Positions 62,481-64,000 of a stretch of DNA of 64,000 nucleotides are shown here, in pieces. The stretch lies in assembly GCA_000388065.2 (NCBI GenBank), contig KB932202.1; one strand, given 5' to 3'. Numbering within the stretch: position 1 is the first letter of the stretch; each line of letters begins with the position of its first letter. The notes under the pieces were generated by a model. The model saw only the letters and a list, made by a program, of their open reading frames with translations. It was not told where the DNA came from and ran no database searches. Both the position numbers and the translations under genes were made by a program. The stretch comes from Fonticula alba ATCC 38817 (lineage: Eukaryota > Protista > Nucleariida).

Positions 62481-64000
62481 ATGCAGGCGGCGACACGCAA
62501 ATCCGCCGGCCATCTGCCGCTCCAACTGGAGGCGGAGCCTGGTAGCCCGGGCGCCGCGCCGCCGCAAACCCCCCATCGTCCGGGCTTCGGACCGGCAGCT
62601 CGTGGCCCCTTTTCCGGAGCCACCCCGAGCCGCTTCGTCAATGCCGCTGAGCTTGGCAACACGCTGACCATGTACACGGAGATGCCCCAGGATGAGGTGG
62701 CACTGGATGAGTTCTACGACTACTGCATGCGCCGGCAGAGGCGTACGTTTGCCCTGGCCCATGCGCACACGCCCCGCCCGGCTGCGGCCCTGACACCCCC
62801 CAAATGTCTCTTGCAGTTCTCCAAGAGATCGATAACGCCGGTGTCCGGCACCCGCCGCAGTCCTCCGGCTTCAAATCGTGCATTCGGGCGGCCCTGACCG
62901 CCGCCCGATTCAACATCACGCCGCTAAACACATCAAGCGTCCTGCGCAATGATGACACCCTGATGGAGGCCATCCGCGCGGACCGGATCTCGCACTGGGG
63001 CCTGCGCTTGGGCTATGTCACCAAGTGCGTCACATTTCACTTCTGGCCCATCACCCGGCGCATGTCCAGGCGCCACCCTCCCCCTGCTAACACATTCCCC
63101 CGCTCGGGCCCCGGCAGCGATGAGAAGCTGACCTGGCTCCTGGAAAAGGAGGCTCTCCTCTTCAAGTACGTGTGCCTGCTTCGCCGCTGCCATCAACTTT
63201 TGCCATTCCCTTCCGGGGAGCATCTTGCTGACTTGTATCGGGCTTTTCCCTTCCTTCCGCTGCCAGCTTCCGTTTTGAGGAGCTCCCTGACAAGATGGCC
63301 TTCCTGCGGGATAACGAGTTCAATTTCGAAGTGGTGCGTCTTCAAGCGGGCTGGCTGGTCTTGCTGTTGATGGTGCTGCTGTTGCCTGGCAAAGCCCATT
63401 GGTTCGCCGGATGGCAAACCATCAGGACGCCTTCCGCTCTTTCTTTGTCTTTTACGCTGACCACACCCACCCGCCTATTCTTCCTTGACGCTGTCTGGGC
63501 CATGCCCGCAGGTCAGCAAGGCTGAGCGGCAGCTCTTGGCCTCGCACCTGGCCGCCTACTCCGTCAAGGAGGAAACTCCCGTTTTCAAGGTACGTGTGTG
63601 TCTGCGTCTGTGTGTCTGTGTCTCTGTCTGTGTGTCTGTCTGTGTGTCTGTCTGTGTGTATGTGTGTGTCTGCTTTTGTCTGCCTCTCTGTGGACCTCCT
63701 CTTGTCATGATGCATGTGTCTCGTCCTGCTTGCCACCTGGTGTGCATCCTCACTCACCCCCAAACACAGGTTCCCTTCGAGCGCGTCCCGGGGCTGGTCG
63801 GCTCGCGCATGGTGGCCGTACAGGCGGGCATTGCCTTTGTTCCAATCAACATGATTGGTGATCTGGCGGGCTTTGAGTTCCGCCAGCGCCTGCGTGCCTC
63901 GCTGCTGGCCGTGCGCCTTGCACTGCCAAGCATGGAGGATGACGTGCGTGCGGTGGCCATCGTTCGCCAGATTGTCGACGGGGCGACCGCCGCCTCGGAT
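62481..64000 (+). CDS. PRIM2: DNA primase large subunit (PRIM2/Pri2), 5' part, truncated by the window end
   Basis: Motifs MYTEMPQDEVALDEFYDY, ADRISHWGLRLGY, LTWLLEKEALLF..FRF and VFKVPFERVPGLVGSRMVAVQAGIAFVP. Five GT-AG introns join these blocks in frame. Confidence 0.9.

Overview
GC-rich, intron-containing eukaryotic genomic DNA from a draft assembly with many N gaps and long G/C homopolymer runs. The GT-AG introns are mostly 100-250 nt. The gene set looks opisthokont, and the style is consistent with a Fonticula-like holomycotan amoeba (inference, not verified). Genes in order: a ~1,780-aa orphan secreted or membrane-anchored modular protein with His/Gly repeats (+), whose probable first intron is interrupted by a circularly permuted enolase block; an expanded VPS15 (+); a 7TM-RGS receptor-GAP fusion (-); P5A ATPase (-); MED9 (-); COX18 (+); tRNA-Ala(AGC); a PSTAIRE CDK1/2 (-); TMEM199/VMA12 (-); a Mn-CDF/MTP transporter (+); a GDP-mannose transporter (-); an MDC1-like protein with FHA-like domain, TQ repeats and tandem BRCT (-); and head-to-head with it the DNA primase large subunit (+, runs off the window end). 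No prokaryotic features, CRISPR array or recognisable transposon were found. The best leads are the orphan His/Gly modular protein, the 7TM-RGS locus, the MDC1-like protein with its shared promoter, the permuted enolase and a possible Golgi-glycosylation gene trio. All exon coordinates were derived by hand from splice motifs and reading frame.
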